Origin: an uncultured Candidatus Saccharibacteria bacterium
Lineage (GTDB): Bacteria > Patescibacteriota > WWE3 > UBA101185 > UBA10185
Direction: 5' to 3'
Assembly (NCBI GenBank): GCA_964510435.1
Contig: CAZEBU010000002.1
Location: 5,458 to 69,457 of the forward strand
Length of the DNA: 64,000 nt
Both the position numbers and the translations under genes were made by a program. Below the pieces are notes generated by a model. The model did no database searches. It worked only from the letters and a program-made list of their open reading frames with translations, and was not told the DNA's origin. This document shows, piece after piece, positions 9,650-18,497 of the stretch. Numbering within the stretch: position 1 is the stretch's first letter; each line of letters opens with the position of its first letter.

Positions 9650-11761
9650 ATGAATAAAATCCAACCAAAAATAATTTATTACGCCTCACTTCTACTATTT
9701 ATTTTTTCACTGATTATAACTTTGATTTCCATGCTAAACGGTGTTCTGCCCCACCACTTGTTTTTTAACTCCGATGCTTTGTACTTAGCCACTATTCATA
9801 AAAGCATCTTTGTCGAAGGTTTCTCATTTACCAGTTATAAATTTCCCGACGCACCTTTCTTCTTTCCTGATTTTCTGATATTTAGCATCATATTTGCCGT
9901 CACAAAGAATTATCTGCTCACTAATATTCTCACTGCCTGGTCAATTCTTAGTATGGTTTTCATTGTTTTATATAAAATTGTGCAGTATCTGCTACCAAAA
10001 AGGCACTATCTAAAAAAATCCTTGCTCCTCTCGGGTTTCGCCTTGCTCATTGCTCTCATGGCGCAAAATCAGCTATTTCTCCACATTTTCCTGCTAATTT
10101 CCCCGGTATTTCACGAAGGGGAACTGCTCATAGTCATGCTCAGTTTATTGATCATCTTCGAGCTAGTACGCAAAGAGAGGGTCTTCCTTTATCCTATCCT
10201 ATTTGTGCTCATTGCTTTGGTAACTTTTTCGGATAAATCGGTGGTAAAGGATTTTACCGCTCCTTTTGCCATAGTTGTAGCTGTTACCTATTTCCTCGAT
10301 AAAGATATTTTCAAAAGATTTTGGAAAGCGCTTGTGGTTATAGTGCTGGCCACATTTGTCGGTAGTGTTTTGTATTCGATCATCTTGCCTTTCCCCAAAT
10401 CTTTTCCCGGCATCGTGACTTATAGTGGAAGAAATTTCGAGAACATGCTTAACAGCTTTAGAGACATCGCTAGTGAGAGGGTTCTTTTTGCTAACATAGC
10501 TAATCATAGGTACGAGTTTTCCAACTACTTAGCCTTATTTACTATTTTTATTGTTTTTTCTCTAGCTACTGTTGTTTTCCTCTTGTTTAAATACCTAAAA
10601 AAAATATCCCGGAAGGTGCAGCTTGATTTGTATGAAAAAAGAATGCTTCTATTTGGGCTCTTCATTTTAGGGCAAAGTATTCTTAATTTTGCTGCCACCA
10701 TATTTTTTGGTTATTACCACAGCTTAGTGCACACCCGCTATTTCACTCCTATGATGATCTTCCCTTATACCTGGTTTCTCATCTTTACGGGGGTACAGCT
10801 AGCTAAACATTTGCAAGAGAACTATTTAAAATATCTAAATATAGCGGTAATATTTCTGGTGGTGTTTGTCTCCTCACTTTTTTTCACTAAGATCAATGAG
10901 GGAGGTTTAGCCAACTATAAAAATTACAAACCTCCCAATTCCGTGTGTATTGATAAAATAGCCAAAGAGCATAATTTAAAATACGGTTTATCCGAACTAT
11001 GGAACACCGTGCACACGTTATTTTCAGATGAGGACGTGATTTTACATCAAATTTCCTCTCAAGGAAGTTTTCTCGAACCCTCCCACTGGCTAACTTCCTA
11101 CGAATGGTACGTGCAAAAGGCTCCGGAAATCCCTGAGCCACCGGAATATTCATTTATCGTTACGGAAAAGTTCGATACTAGTAAATTTGATAAGGTTCTT
11201 GGGGAGCCGTTATACGTTTACGATTGTCCGGAAACGCAGGTTTATGTTTACGATCCCCAAGTTATAGCACCAGTGGTAAATGGTTTATTTAGCTCTTGGT
11301 ATTTCTTCGATAGGCTTGACAGCGTGGGTGACGTAGTGGAAATCCCGGGTGGGCAGTTTGAGGAAATGATCTTTAATGTTGATGAAAATATTTCCTTGGT
11401 GGAACGCAAAACAACCCCCGAAAATCACCTACAAAGTGCTGATCAAGAAGGTCTGATCTCTTCCGGACCGTATGTGACCCTTAAAAAAGGTCTTTATAAG
11501 ATATCCCTGTGGTATCGTACGGACACGGAGGATGCCGGCTCGGTTGATATTATAACCTCACCACCGCTACAACGAACTAACTTTAATTTAGAAAATACCA
11601 ACGATGAAACTAGATCTTTTTCCGGTGAGGTAGAGATCGGCAAGGATATAAAGAAAATTACCATTAATCCTTACAATGTGGGTGCCATCAGACTAATGAT
11701 CAACTATAGCGGCGGCGGCACCCTAACTATTGAAAAATTGGTTATAGAAAGAATCGACTAG
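9650..11761 (+). CDS. GT-C-like multi-TM membrane protein with C-terminal soluble beta-domain
   Basis: NSDALYL...APFFFPD loop motif, ~12 TM helices and a GPYVTLKKGLY C-terminal motif. Start 9650 (or 9635) avoids overlap with the divergent gene, and TGtTAAAAT lies at 9628-9636. Confidence 0.6.
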   Translation: MNKIQPKIIYYASLLLFIFSLIITLISMLNGVLPHHLFFNSDALYLATIHKSIFVEGFSFTSYKFPDAPFFFPDFLIFSIIFAVTKNYLLTNILTAWSILSMVFIVLYKIVQYLLPKRHYLKKSLLLSGFALLIALMAQNQLFLHIFLLISPVFHEGELLIVMLSLLIIFELVRKERVFLYPILFVLIALVTFSDKSVVKDFTAPFAIVVAVTYFLDKDIFKRFWKALVVIVLATFVGSVLYSIILPFPKSFPGIVTYSGRNFENMLNSFRDIASERVLFANIANHRYEFSNYLALFTIFIVFSLATVVFLLFKYLKKISRKVQLDLYEKRMLLFGLFILGQSILNFAATIFFGYYHSLVHTRYFTPMMIFPYTWFLIFTGVQLAKHLQENYLKYLNIAVIFLVVFVSSLFFTKINEGGLANYKNYKPPNSVCIDKIAKEHNLKYGLSELWNTVHTLFSDEDVILHQISSQGSFLEPSHWLTSYEWYVQKAPEIPEPPEYSFIVTEKFDTSKFDKVLGEPLYVYDCPETQVYVYDPQVIAPVVNGLFSSWYFFDRLDSVGDVVEIPGGQFEEMIFNVDENISLVERKTTPENHLQSADQEGLISSGPYVTLKKGLYKISLWYRTDTEDAGSVDIITSPPLQRTNFNLENTNDETRSFSGEVEIGKDIKKITINPYNVGAIRLMINYSGGGTLTIEKLVIERID

Positions 11762-11800
11762 GTCTAACCAGGTTAGACCAGGGTGATCTAGGTTAGACCT
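11760..11800. repeat. Three copies of a GGTCTAACC/GGTTAGACC inverted motif between convergent genes (REP-like)
   Basis: ggtctaacc at 11761-11769, ggttagacc at 11771-11779 and ggttagacc at 11791-11799. Confidence 0.7.
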
Positions 11801-13454
11801 TAATAGAGGCTTTCTCTTCTTCCTCCACTTCTATGCTTTTCTTTATAGAATCCCCGATGGTCTTGTCTTCCTTTTTTGGTTTAAAGTGTGTGAACAGTTT
11901 TTTGGAAACATTTTTCCAAAAGCCTGATGATAACCAATTTATTGCCGTCTGTTCCTTATCAAAATCCAATAAATGACCTAGCAGTTTCCAAGCAGAATAG
12001 GCTAGATATTTAACATCGGAAAAACTTCTTACGGATACCGCTCTTCTGAAAATATACTTAGGAGTGAAAAATGATGAGTAGAGCTCTTGAGTTAGCTCGT
12101 ATAGTTTTTCCTGTGGAAAAGGAGTTCTCATTACGGGACGCCTCATATCAAAGGCTTCGTAATCCTTTGCATCCACTAACAACCAATCATTATCCAGACA
12201 CTCCTGGTATAGAGGTGTTCCCGGATAAGGAATAACGATAGTGGCCTGAATAGTGTCAACATATCCTTCGTTAAATAATCTTTTTGATAAAGCTATAGTG
12301 TTTTTAGCCATTTCTTCCGTTTCCCAAGGATAACCCAACATGATAGTTAAATGGGGTTCTAGTCCTGCTTTTTTGGCCATGCGCGCACCTTCTTCTATCT
12401 TGTGTACCTTCATGCCCTTATCCAACCTATCCAAAGTTTCCTGATTGGCTGATTCCATGCCATATAAAATGAATCTAAAATTGGCTTGCTTCATTAAATC
12501 ATAATATTCCTGGCTCAGTGCGTCTAGCCTCATATTGCAGCCCAAAACAACCTTTTTGTTATAACCTGAATCAATCATCAATTGGCAGAATTCCTTAAGA
12601 GGAGGGCCGATAAATAGCGTGCCTGCGTCATCGAAGATCTCTTTCACACCATAGTTATCCACCACATGCTTCACCTCAGCGAACAATCTTTGTGGAGAAA
12701 ACCTTCTATACGTACCCAAAGGATTTAACGTATGATCCCAGACACAAAAGGTACAGCGGTTCCACCAACAGTCCTTTCCTGAATACATATAGGTAGCCGG
12801 TGTATACTTATAGTTCCCGTTAGCATAGGCGTACAATTCCCATCTGGTTAGATCTCTATCGACAAAAGGCAGGTCATCAAGATCATGCGTCTGTTTCAGT
12901 GGTCCGGAGACCCAAAAATCATCTTCAAATTTGGCTAAATTACTTAGTTTTACATCCTTATCCTCGGTTCTACCCCAAATACCGCCTACCAACTCCACCT
13001 TCTTTGTCAAAGAATCCGCTAGATCAGTAAGCATAAAGTCATAATCACCTCCGGTAATGATGTAGTCCACACGGCAATTTTGCATACTCTCCTTGGGATC
13101 ATAAGTCGCGTGATCACCAACTAAAACTATCTTCATCTTAGGGAACTTACTTTTTAGCTGGTCAATAATTTCCCAGTGCTTCCTTATTACCGGAGCTTTT
13201 GTTTCCATCATCAGTAGATCAGGTTTTTCTTGCTCTAACTTACCCAACCACTCTTTATAGGACCACTCCTCTGCAATACCATCCAGCCAAACCACCTTGT
13301 AGCCTCTTTCCTGAGCCACCGAGGCAGCATACGCCGGCACCATAGGATAAATGAAGGTTTTGGCATTAAAAAACTGAAATTGCCTGTTCTGCGAAAGCAG
13401 TGGAACTCCTTTATTAGTTACAATGGGAGGGTATCCAATAGCTATTTTATACAT
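11793..13454 (-). CDS. B12-binding-domain radical SAM protein (HpnJ/class B-like)
   Basis: CWWNRCTFC cluster motif, N-terminal cobalamin-binding-like domain (VLVGDHAT), GMESANQETL and PYPGTPLY. Confidence 0.88.
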   Translation of the reverse strand: MYKIAIGYPPIVTNKGVPLLSQNRQFQFFNAKTFIYPMVPAYAASVAQERGYKVVWLDGIAEEWSYKEWLGKLEQEKPDLLMMETKAPVIRKHWEIIDQLKSKFPKMKIVLVGDHATYDPKESMQNCRVDYIITGGDYDFMLTDLADSLTKKVELVGGIWGRTEDKDVKLSNLAKFEDDFWVSGPLKQTHDLDDLPFVDRDLTRWELYAYANGNYKYTPATYMYSGKDCWWNRCTFCVWDHTLNPLGTYRRFSPQRLFAEVKHVVDNYGVKEIFDDAGTLFIGPPLKEFCQLMIDSGYNKKVVLGCNMRLDALSQEYYDLMKQANFRFILYGMESANQETLDRLDKGMKVHKIEEGARMAKKAGLEPHLTIMLGYPWETEEMAKNTIALSKRLFNEGYVDTIQATIVIPYPGTPLYQECLDNDWLLVDAKDYEAFDMRRPVMRTPFPQEKLYELTQELYSSFFTPKYIFRRAVSVRSFSDVKYLAYSAWKLLGHLLDFDKEQTAINWLSSGFWKNVSKKLFTHFKPKKEDKTIGDSIKKSIEVEEEEKASIKV

Positions 13455-13463
13455 ATTACATAT

Positions 13464-13492
13464 AGACTATTATAAATATGTTCCCCGGTCAA
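13464..13492 (-). promoter_or_regulatory. sigma70-type promoter for the radical SAM gene
   Basis: TTGACC-17-TAGTCT, with the -10 box 9 nt before the ATG. Confidence 0.5.
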
Positions 13493-13495
13493 TTT

Positions 13496-13756
13496 TTACC
13501 TTTCCGGCCACAACTGATTGCCGTTAAGATCCTCTACTACTATAGCTTTAGTGGGACAAGATTTTGCTGCCAGCACTATCTCAACGGCCTCATTCCAATT
13601 GGTTTCTTTAACAAAGGCTATTCCTTCTTCGTCCAGGTCAAAGGTCTCGGGCGCTTTAATAACACAAGTAGCCGCGCTGATACATTTTTTAGTGATAATT
13701 TTTATGCGAACCTTGGAATTTTCGAGCCCTGTATACTCGTCCTGACCTTTCAGCAT
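13496..13756 (-). CDS. Monocluster ferredoxin, probably [3Fe-4S]
   Basis: CISAATC...APETF...AAKSCPTKAI (CxxAxxC...CP). Start ATG 13756 directly follows the upstream stop. Confidence 0.85.
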   Translation of the reverse strand: MLKGQDEYTGLENSKVRIKIITKKCISAATCVIKAPETFDLDEEGIAFVKETNWNEAVEIVLAAKSCPTKAIVVEDLNGNQLWPER

Positions 13757-13757
13757 C

Positions 13758-14777
13758 TCATCCTTCTTGGTAATTTCCCGTTTCCTCATCCACTTCTCTG
13801 AGGGCAAACTTAGGCTTGATCACAAATCCAATCATAAAGTTTAAACCGTAATGCAAATGAGCCCTAAAAATACCAAAAAATATATATTTAAAGGCACCAA
13901 AATTTCTTTCTTGCATGCTGGCTCTCTGCGCTTCCGTAAAAACCATGGTGAAATATAAAAACGTAGCCGGTAAGTAAATTGACCATAATTTTGGAATTAT
14001 AAATGAACCGACGAGGCCAAACACTAACCCCAAAACAAACAGCGAGGGAATAAAGTAGGCTAATTTAAAAGAATTTTTTGGAAAGGCTCTGGCAAACCAT
14101 CCCCTATGCCTACCATATCGGGATAATTGCTGCAAAAAAGGCTTAAAAAGCTTCCTTCTGTGATGGTAAACAACAGGACCAGGATCATAAAGAAACTTTC
14201 TCTCATACTTTTTTATTAGATCCAGGCATAACTTAGTATCTTCACCCGGCCAATAGTCAGGATTGAACCCGCCTACTTCATCAAAAGCTTCCTTCTTGAC
14301 AAATAGATTAACGGAAGGGTAGTCATCAATTTCTCTTCGTTTAACCTTTTTATGTCTAAAAGCAGTAAAACCGCTGGTTAAGTATGATTCTAAAACGTGC
14401 CCTGTCACTTCTTCTAAAAAATCCACGTTGGGAGGAGTTAAAGCAGGACCACCTAAAGCGTACAGCTCGGGATTATCTCTAAAAATATTGGCGGCACTTC
14501 TCAGCCATCCAGAATCAGGGTAAGCATCGTCGTCTAGAAACACCAAAACATCACCAAGTGCCTCCCTAGCTCCCACGTTTCTTTTCTTACCCGGGCTAAC
14601 AGGCCCGGATTCCACCACCCTAAAGCGGTTTTCCCTAGAGCCAAAATTCACCTTGACGTATTTATCTAAAACTATGATAACCTCAAAATCGTAATAGCGT
14701 ACTTTTTTCAGGTGCGAAACAGTTTCCTTAATATACTCATTTATTGTTCTTACCGGTATGATGACAGAAAACTTCAT
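13758..14777 (-). CDS. Glycosyltransferase family 2 with C-terminal TM helices
   Basis: FSVIIPV, FLDDDAYP, VGGF and GEDTKLC motifs. Confidence 0.9.
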   Translation of the reverse strand: MKFSVIIPVRTINEYIKETVSHLKKVRYYDFEVIIVLDKYVKVNFGSRENRFRVVESGPVSPGKKRNVGAREALGDVLVFLDDDAYPDSGWLRSAANIFRDNPELYALGGPALTPPNVDFLEEVTGHVLESYLTSGFTAFRHKKVKRREIDDYPSVNLFVKKEAFDEVGGFNPDYWPGEDTKLCLDLIKKYERKFLYDPGPVVYHHRRKLFKPFLQQLSRYGRHRGWFARAFPKNSFKLAYFIPSLFVLGLVFGLVGSFIIPKLWSIYLPATFLYFTMVFTEAQRASMQERNFGAFKYIFFGIFRAHLHYGLNFMIGFVIKPKFALREVDEETGNYQEG

Positions 14778-15581
14778 TTAAAGACCTGTATTAATTCTCA
14801 TGTCTAATTCCTTATTATAAACCCATTTTCTCCTATTTCCATCATCATAATACCTTAATAATTTCAATCTATAAAACACGGCCAGCGTATCTTTGAGCAT
14901 CTTCCTGATGTTTGGATCTAAAAATAAAGGCAGCCAACGTTGCCATTTGGAGCCTGGCTGAAAATTTAAGGTCAGCTGTACCGGAGCCTCGTGAATATTG
15001 GAAAAACCCAAGTGATTTGCTACAGCTAATAGTTCTATATCAAAGGCAAATGTTTTAATGAGCAGTCTTGGCATGACTTTTTCCAATACATGTCTTTTAT
15101 ACACCTTTAGACCCGCTTGCGTGTCTCTTACCCTCAATCCAAAGAGAAACTTCACCAGCAAGTAATATCCCTCGCTATATACTTTTCGCATAAAAGTATA
15201 ATTTACCTTGGAAGCTGAGTGCCTTTTACTACCGACGATGATATCGGAATCGTACCAAAGCATGTGTTCCAGTATTAAAGAGATACCATTGGGGTCAATG
15301 TCCATGCCGGCATCAATAAAGGCAATTTTCTCCCCGACAGCTCTGGCTATACCGTATTTTATTGCATAGCCCTTGCCATAGTTTTTCTTGTAAGTATAGA
15401 CTTTAAGATTATCTTTTTTTACCTTTTTTGCCTCTGTATAAGTTTTATCCGGAGAACCATCAACCACAACAATTATTTCAAAATCCCAGCGCGTATTGGA
15501 CATTACCTTATGAATATCACGTATATCTTCTTTTATAGTCTTGGCTTGCTTGTACGCAGGCACAATTATGGAAACTAGCAT
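14778..15581 (-). CDS. GT2, polyprenol/dolichyl-phosphate sugar synthase-like
   Basis: IIVPAY, VVDGSPDKT, NYGKGYA, FIDAGMD, DTQAGLK and FAFDIELL motifs. Confidence 0.85.
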   Translation of the reverse strand: MLVSIIVPAYKQAKTIKEDIRDIHKVMSNTRWDFEIIVVVDGSPDKTYTEAKKVKKDNLKVYTYKKNYGKGYAIKYGIARAVGEKIAFIDAGMDIDPNGISLILEHMLWYDSDIIVGSKRHSASKVNYTFMRKVYSEGYYLLVKFLFGLRVRDTQAGLKVYKRHVLEKVMPRLLIKTFAFDIELLAVANHLGFSNIHEAPVQLTLNFQPGSKWQRWLPLFLDPNIRKMLKDTLAVFYRLKLLRYYDDGNRRKWVYNKELDMRINTGL

Positions 15582-15593
15582 ATAAAATTATTT

Positions 15594-16859
15594 TTAGCGA
15601 GCAGCGTCTCTAGATAATTTATACAGATAAATACCTAGGGTGACAAGGATTAAGGTGGAAACCAGGATATTGATGCGCATTATTTCAAAGATGTCCGTAT
15701 GATATCGGCTTATTAATATGTATTGCAATATTACTGCCGGAATGACAATAAGGGTGATTCTCGTTTTATCTATGGCCAAGAAGTATCTGATCATAAAGTG
15801 GATCAGCACATAAATAGAAATAAAAATAGAAAACATAGGCAAGTACGCTGCTGAGGAAATTAACCTTTCTCCAAAAAAGAGACCGGTGATAAATTTAGGC
15901 AGAAAGTTGTAGACAACTAGAGACCCAAATATTATAGCCAGGGTCATCCCTAAAAATAATTTAAATTTATCGTGATAATTTTTACCTACAGCCTTCAACG
16001 CTGATATCTGTGGATACATGACGGTAGAAATAGGACTGGCACCAAAGAGGATGATTTTACCCATAAGAACAGTACCCGCGTAGTAACCAACCAGATCAGC
16101 ATCAAAATATTTTTTCACTAAAATAATGTCAATGTTGTTAAGTGACAGCATTCCAATGTACATAAAAAGGGTGGGAACGGCAAAACGGGCAATTTTCTTG
16201 TAATACAGCTTAATGTTGGGCTTATTGCCGTTAACAAAATTGTTTTTCAGCAAAATAACACCCAAAAGATAAATAAAAAGTAGAGATAAAGAAAATCCTA
16301 AGTAAACTCCACCCACTTCGAAACCCAGCATGACAAATACAAAGGTGATGATAAGTCTTAACAGGCCGTTGCTGGCAGAAAACAAAGCTATCGCTCTAAA
16401 CCTAAGTAGACCTTGCAAGTAAGATTGTGGTGCCACAATTAGCAAATTTGCTAATATATATAAACCTAAAAATAGAAAAAGTAGAGGTTCTTCAATTTGC
16501 ATATAGTCAGAGAGGGCATTCCTACTTAAATAAAGGGTTATGAGGATTAACAAACCTAAAGCGATAAGAAAAGTACTTAATTTCCAAAAAAGTGCGGTGA
16601 TCTTTTCCCACTGGCGCCCACTGGCCAGTTCGGAAACAATTTTTACTAAAGAGATACCCATGACCACAGAAACCACACCAACTATAGAAAACACAGCAAG
16701 TAAAGCGTTGAAGGTACCGAAATCAGCCGGGGATAAGTTTCGTCCTAAGAATAACTGCAGTAAATAGCTGAAAAAACTGTTGATCAAGGATCCCAAGGCA
16801 ACTACAGCCGTACCGGACAACAAATGCTTAACTTTGATCTCCGTGATGATCCTTCTCAT
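15594..16859 (-). CDS. MOP/Wzx-like oligosaccharide flippase
   Basis: ~12 TM helices with GRNLSPADFG, NNIDIILVK and VGYYA motifs. Confidence 0.85.
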   Translation of the reverse strand: MRRIITEIKVKHLLSGTAVVALGSLINSFFSYLLQLFLGRNLSPADFGTFNALLAVFSIVGVVSVVMGISLVKIVSELASGRQWEKITALFWKLSTFLIALGLLILITLYLSRNALSDYMQIEEPLLFLFLGLYILANLLIVAPQSYLQGLLRFRAIALFSASNGLLRLIITFVFVMLGFEVGGVYLGFSLSLLFIYLLGVILLKNNFVNGNKPNIKLYYKKIARFAVPTLFMYIGMLSLNNIDIILVKKYFDADLVGYYAGTVLMGKIILFGASPISTVMYPQISALKAVGKNYHDKFKLFLGMTLAIIFGSLVVYNFLPKFITGLFFGERLISSAAYLPMFSIFISIYVLIHFMIRYFLAIDKTRITLIVIPAVILQYILISRYHTDIFEIMRINILVSTLILVTLGIYLYKLSRDAAR

Positions 16860-16862
16860 AAA

Positions 16863-18494
16863 CTACTTAACCCTTTGGTAGACGTTGTATAAGTCAACAT
16901 GACGCAATTTTATAGTGTCGAGGAATTCCAGTTCGAATCTGCCCTCGTTGGCTGAATCGTCTTCATAAACAGGGTAAACAAAATAATTAGTTCTTATGGC
17001 CATGGGTGTGAGATCTTTTATAGTAGCCCTTCCGCCAATTTCTTCAATGAAAGGCCAGATCTGTGTGTAGTACTTTTCCTGAAAGCCTATGGTAAGTTTG
17101 TTCTCGATCTCCGCAGTGTAAAGAACTTCATCTACGCTCTGTCCTTCCAAAAATGCCTCGTGATCATTTTCCATTTTGATTTTTTGGAAGTAACTGATAA
17201 TTTCTTGCTGGCCAAGCATCCATTTAGGTTCTATGACATAAATGCCTTTGCTAAGTCCCCCAAAAAGAGGGGAATAATAGGAAAAGTAATTGGGGTGCAA
17301 ATACAGGGCGGTGATAAGAAAGTACACTACTACCCCAACAGTGGCCAACCAACCTAAGTACTTAATTTTCCCGTTAAGGTAATCAAATAAATACCGGAAA
17401 TAAAAACTGGCTATAAGAATGAGGGCAAGTATTGCCGGTAATATATAACGGTCAAGTTTTTTAGATGGTATAGAAAGTTCTACTAAGTAAAATACTGAAA
17501 ATAATAAAGCGTAAATTATAAACAACTTCATTTCCCTGCTTTTAATAAATTTTCGAAAAGTAATTAAAAAGGCCAGTAAACCTATGAATAAAGGTAAAGA
17601 AATTCTGTAAAGAATAACCAGAGGGTAAAACAACCACCCCGGGTCTGCCACCCAATTCCCCATGAACAGCTGGAAATGACCCCTTTCTACTCCAATAGTA
17701 AAAATACCCCTATATAAAGTTCCTAGAGCTAGCCTGGCGTGAGTCCACATAGCCGGCCATATGAGAATAAAAAGTGCAGCTACCACACCCATCCATAAGA
17801 TAAAAGTTTTGCTTGCACCTACAGTAGCCGCTCTGAAATTTTTTTCCCTAACAAAGTTTTCGATGAAGATGATCAGTGCTGAAAAAGGTATTAAAAAGAC
17901 TGCAGACGTTTTAGTAAGAAAAGCAGTGGCAGCAAATAGAGCGGAGATTATCAGATGTTTTCTCCTACGAGTCCAAAAATAGTAATAAAGCCAAACAAAG
18001 CTGGCGATCATTAGGGTAGACATCAAACCCTCCAAATGAAACATCCTAGTTAAGGCTATATAAAAAGGTTCCAACATCATGAAAAAAATAGCCAGCAGGG
18101 CGTACTTTTTTCCAAAAATTTCCTTTAGGGGGTGGAAAATAAGCGCCAGCAGAGCACCGATCATTAAAATAACAAAAAACTTTTGCACAGAATGCAGTTG
18201 AAAAATAGCGGCAATATTATTATCCGGAGGTAAAACACCCAACAAAGATTCGTAGTAAAAATTAAAGGCTTTCACGCCGGCGGCACCCAGCCACATCAGG
18301 GTAACCCCGGGGTGGTATTTTTGTATGGTTTTCTCGAATTCCAAGTTAAATACCCCGGAACCAAAATCGTAAGTGCGTGCTTTCCACTTCCATGCGTCCG
18401 TGTTGAACATATCGTGGCCCAAGCTAGGCAGCCTAGAGAGAACAAAAAACAGAAATACTAAGATAAATAATTTGTTTTCCTTGATTATTCTCAT
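16863..18494 (-). CDS. GT-C (PMT/ArnT, GT39/GT83-like) membrane glycosyltransferase
   Basis: NTDAWKW loop, YHPGVTLMWL, FLTK and KKLDRYILP motifs; multi-TM. Confidence 0.8.
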   Translation of the reverse strand: MRIIKENKLFILVFLFFVLSRLPSLGHDMFNTDAWKWKARTYDFGSGVFNLEFEKTIQKYHPGVTLMWLGAAGVKAFNFYYESLLGVLPPDNNIAAIFQLHSVQKFFVILMIGALLALIFHPLKEIFGKKYALLAIFFMMLEPFYIALTRMFHLEGLMSTLMIASFVWLYYYFWTRRRKHLIISALFAATAFLTKTSAVFLIPFSALIIFIENFVREKNFRAATVGASKTFILWMGVVAALFILIWPAMWTHARLALGTLYRGIFTIGVERGHFQLFMGNWVADPGWLFYPLVILYRISLPLFIGLLAFLITFRKFIKSREMKLFIIYALLFSVFYLVELSIPSKKLDRYILPAILALILIASFYFRYLFDYLNGKIKYLGWLATVGVVVYFLITALYLHPNYFSYYSPLFGGLSKGIYVIEPKWMLGQQEIISYFQKIKMENDHEAFLEGQSVDEVLYTAEIENKLTIGFQEKYYTQIWPFIEEIGGRATIKDLTPMAIRTNYFVYPVYEDDSANEGRFELEFLDTIKLRHVDLYNVYQRVK

Positions 18495-18497
18495 ATT

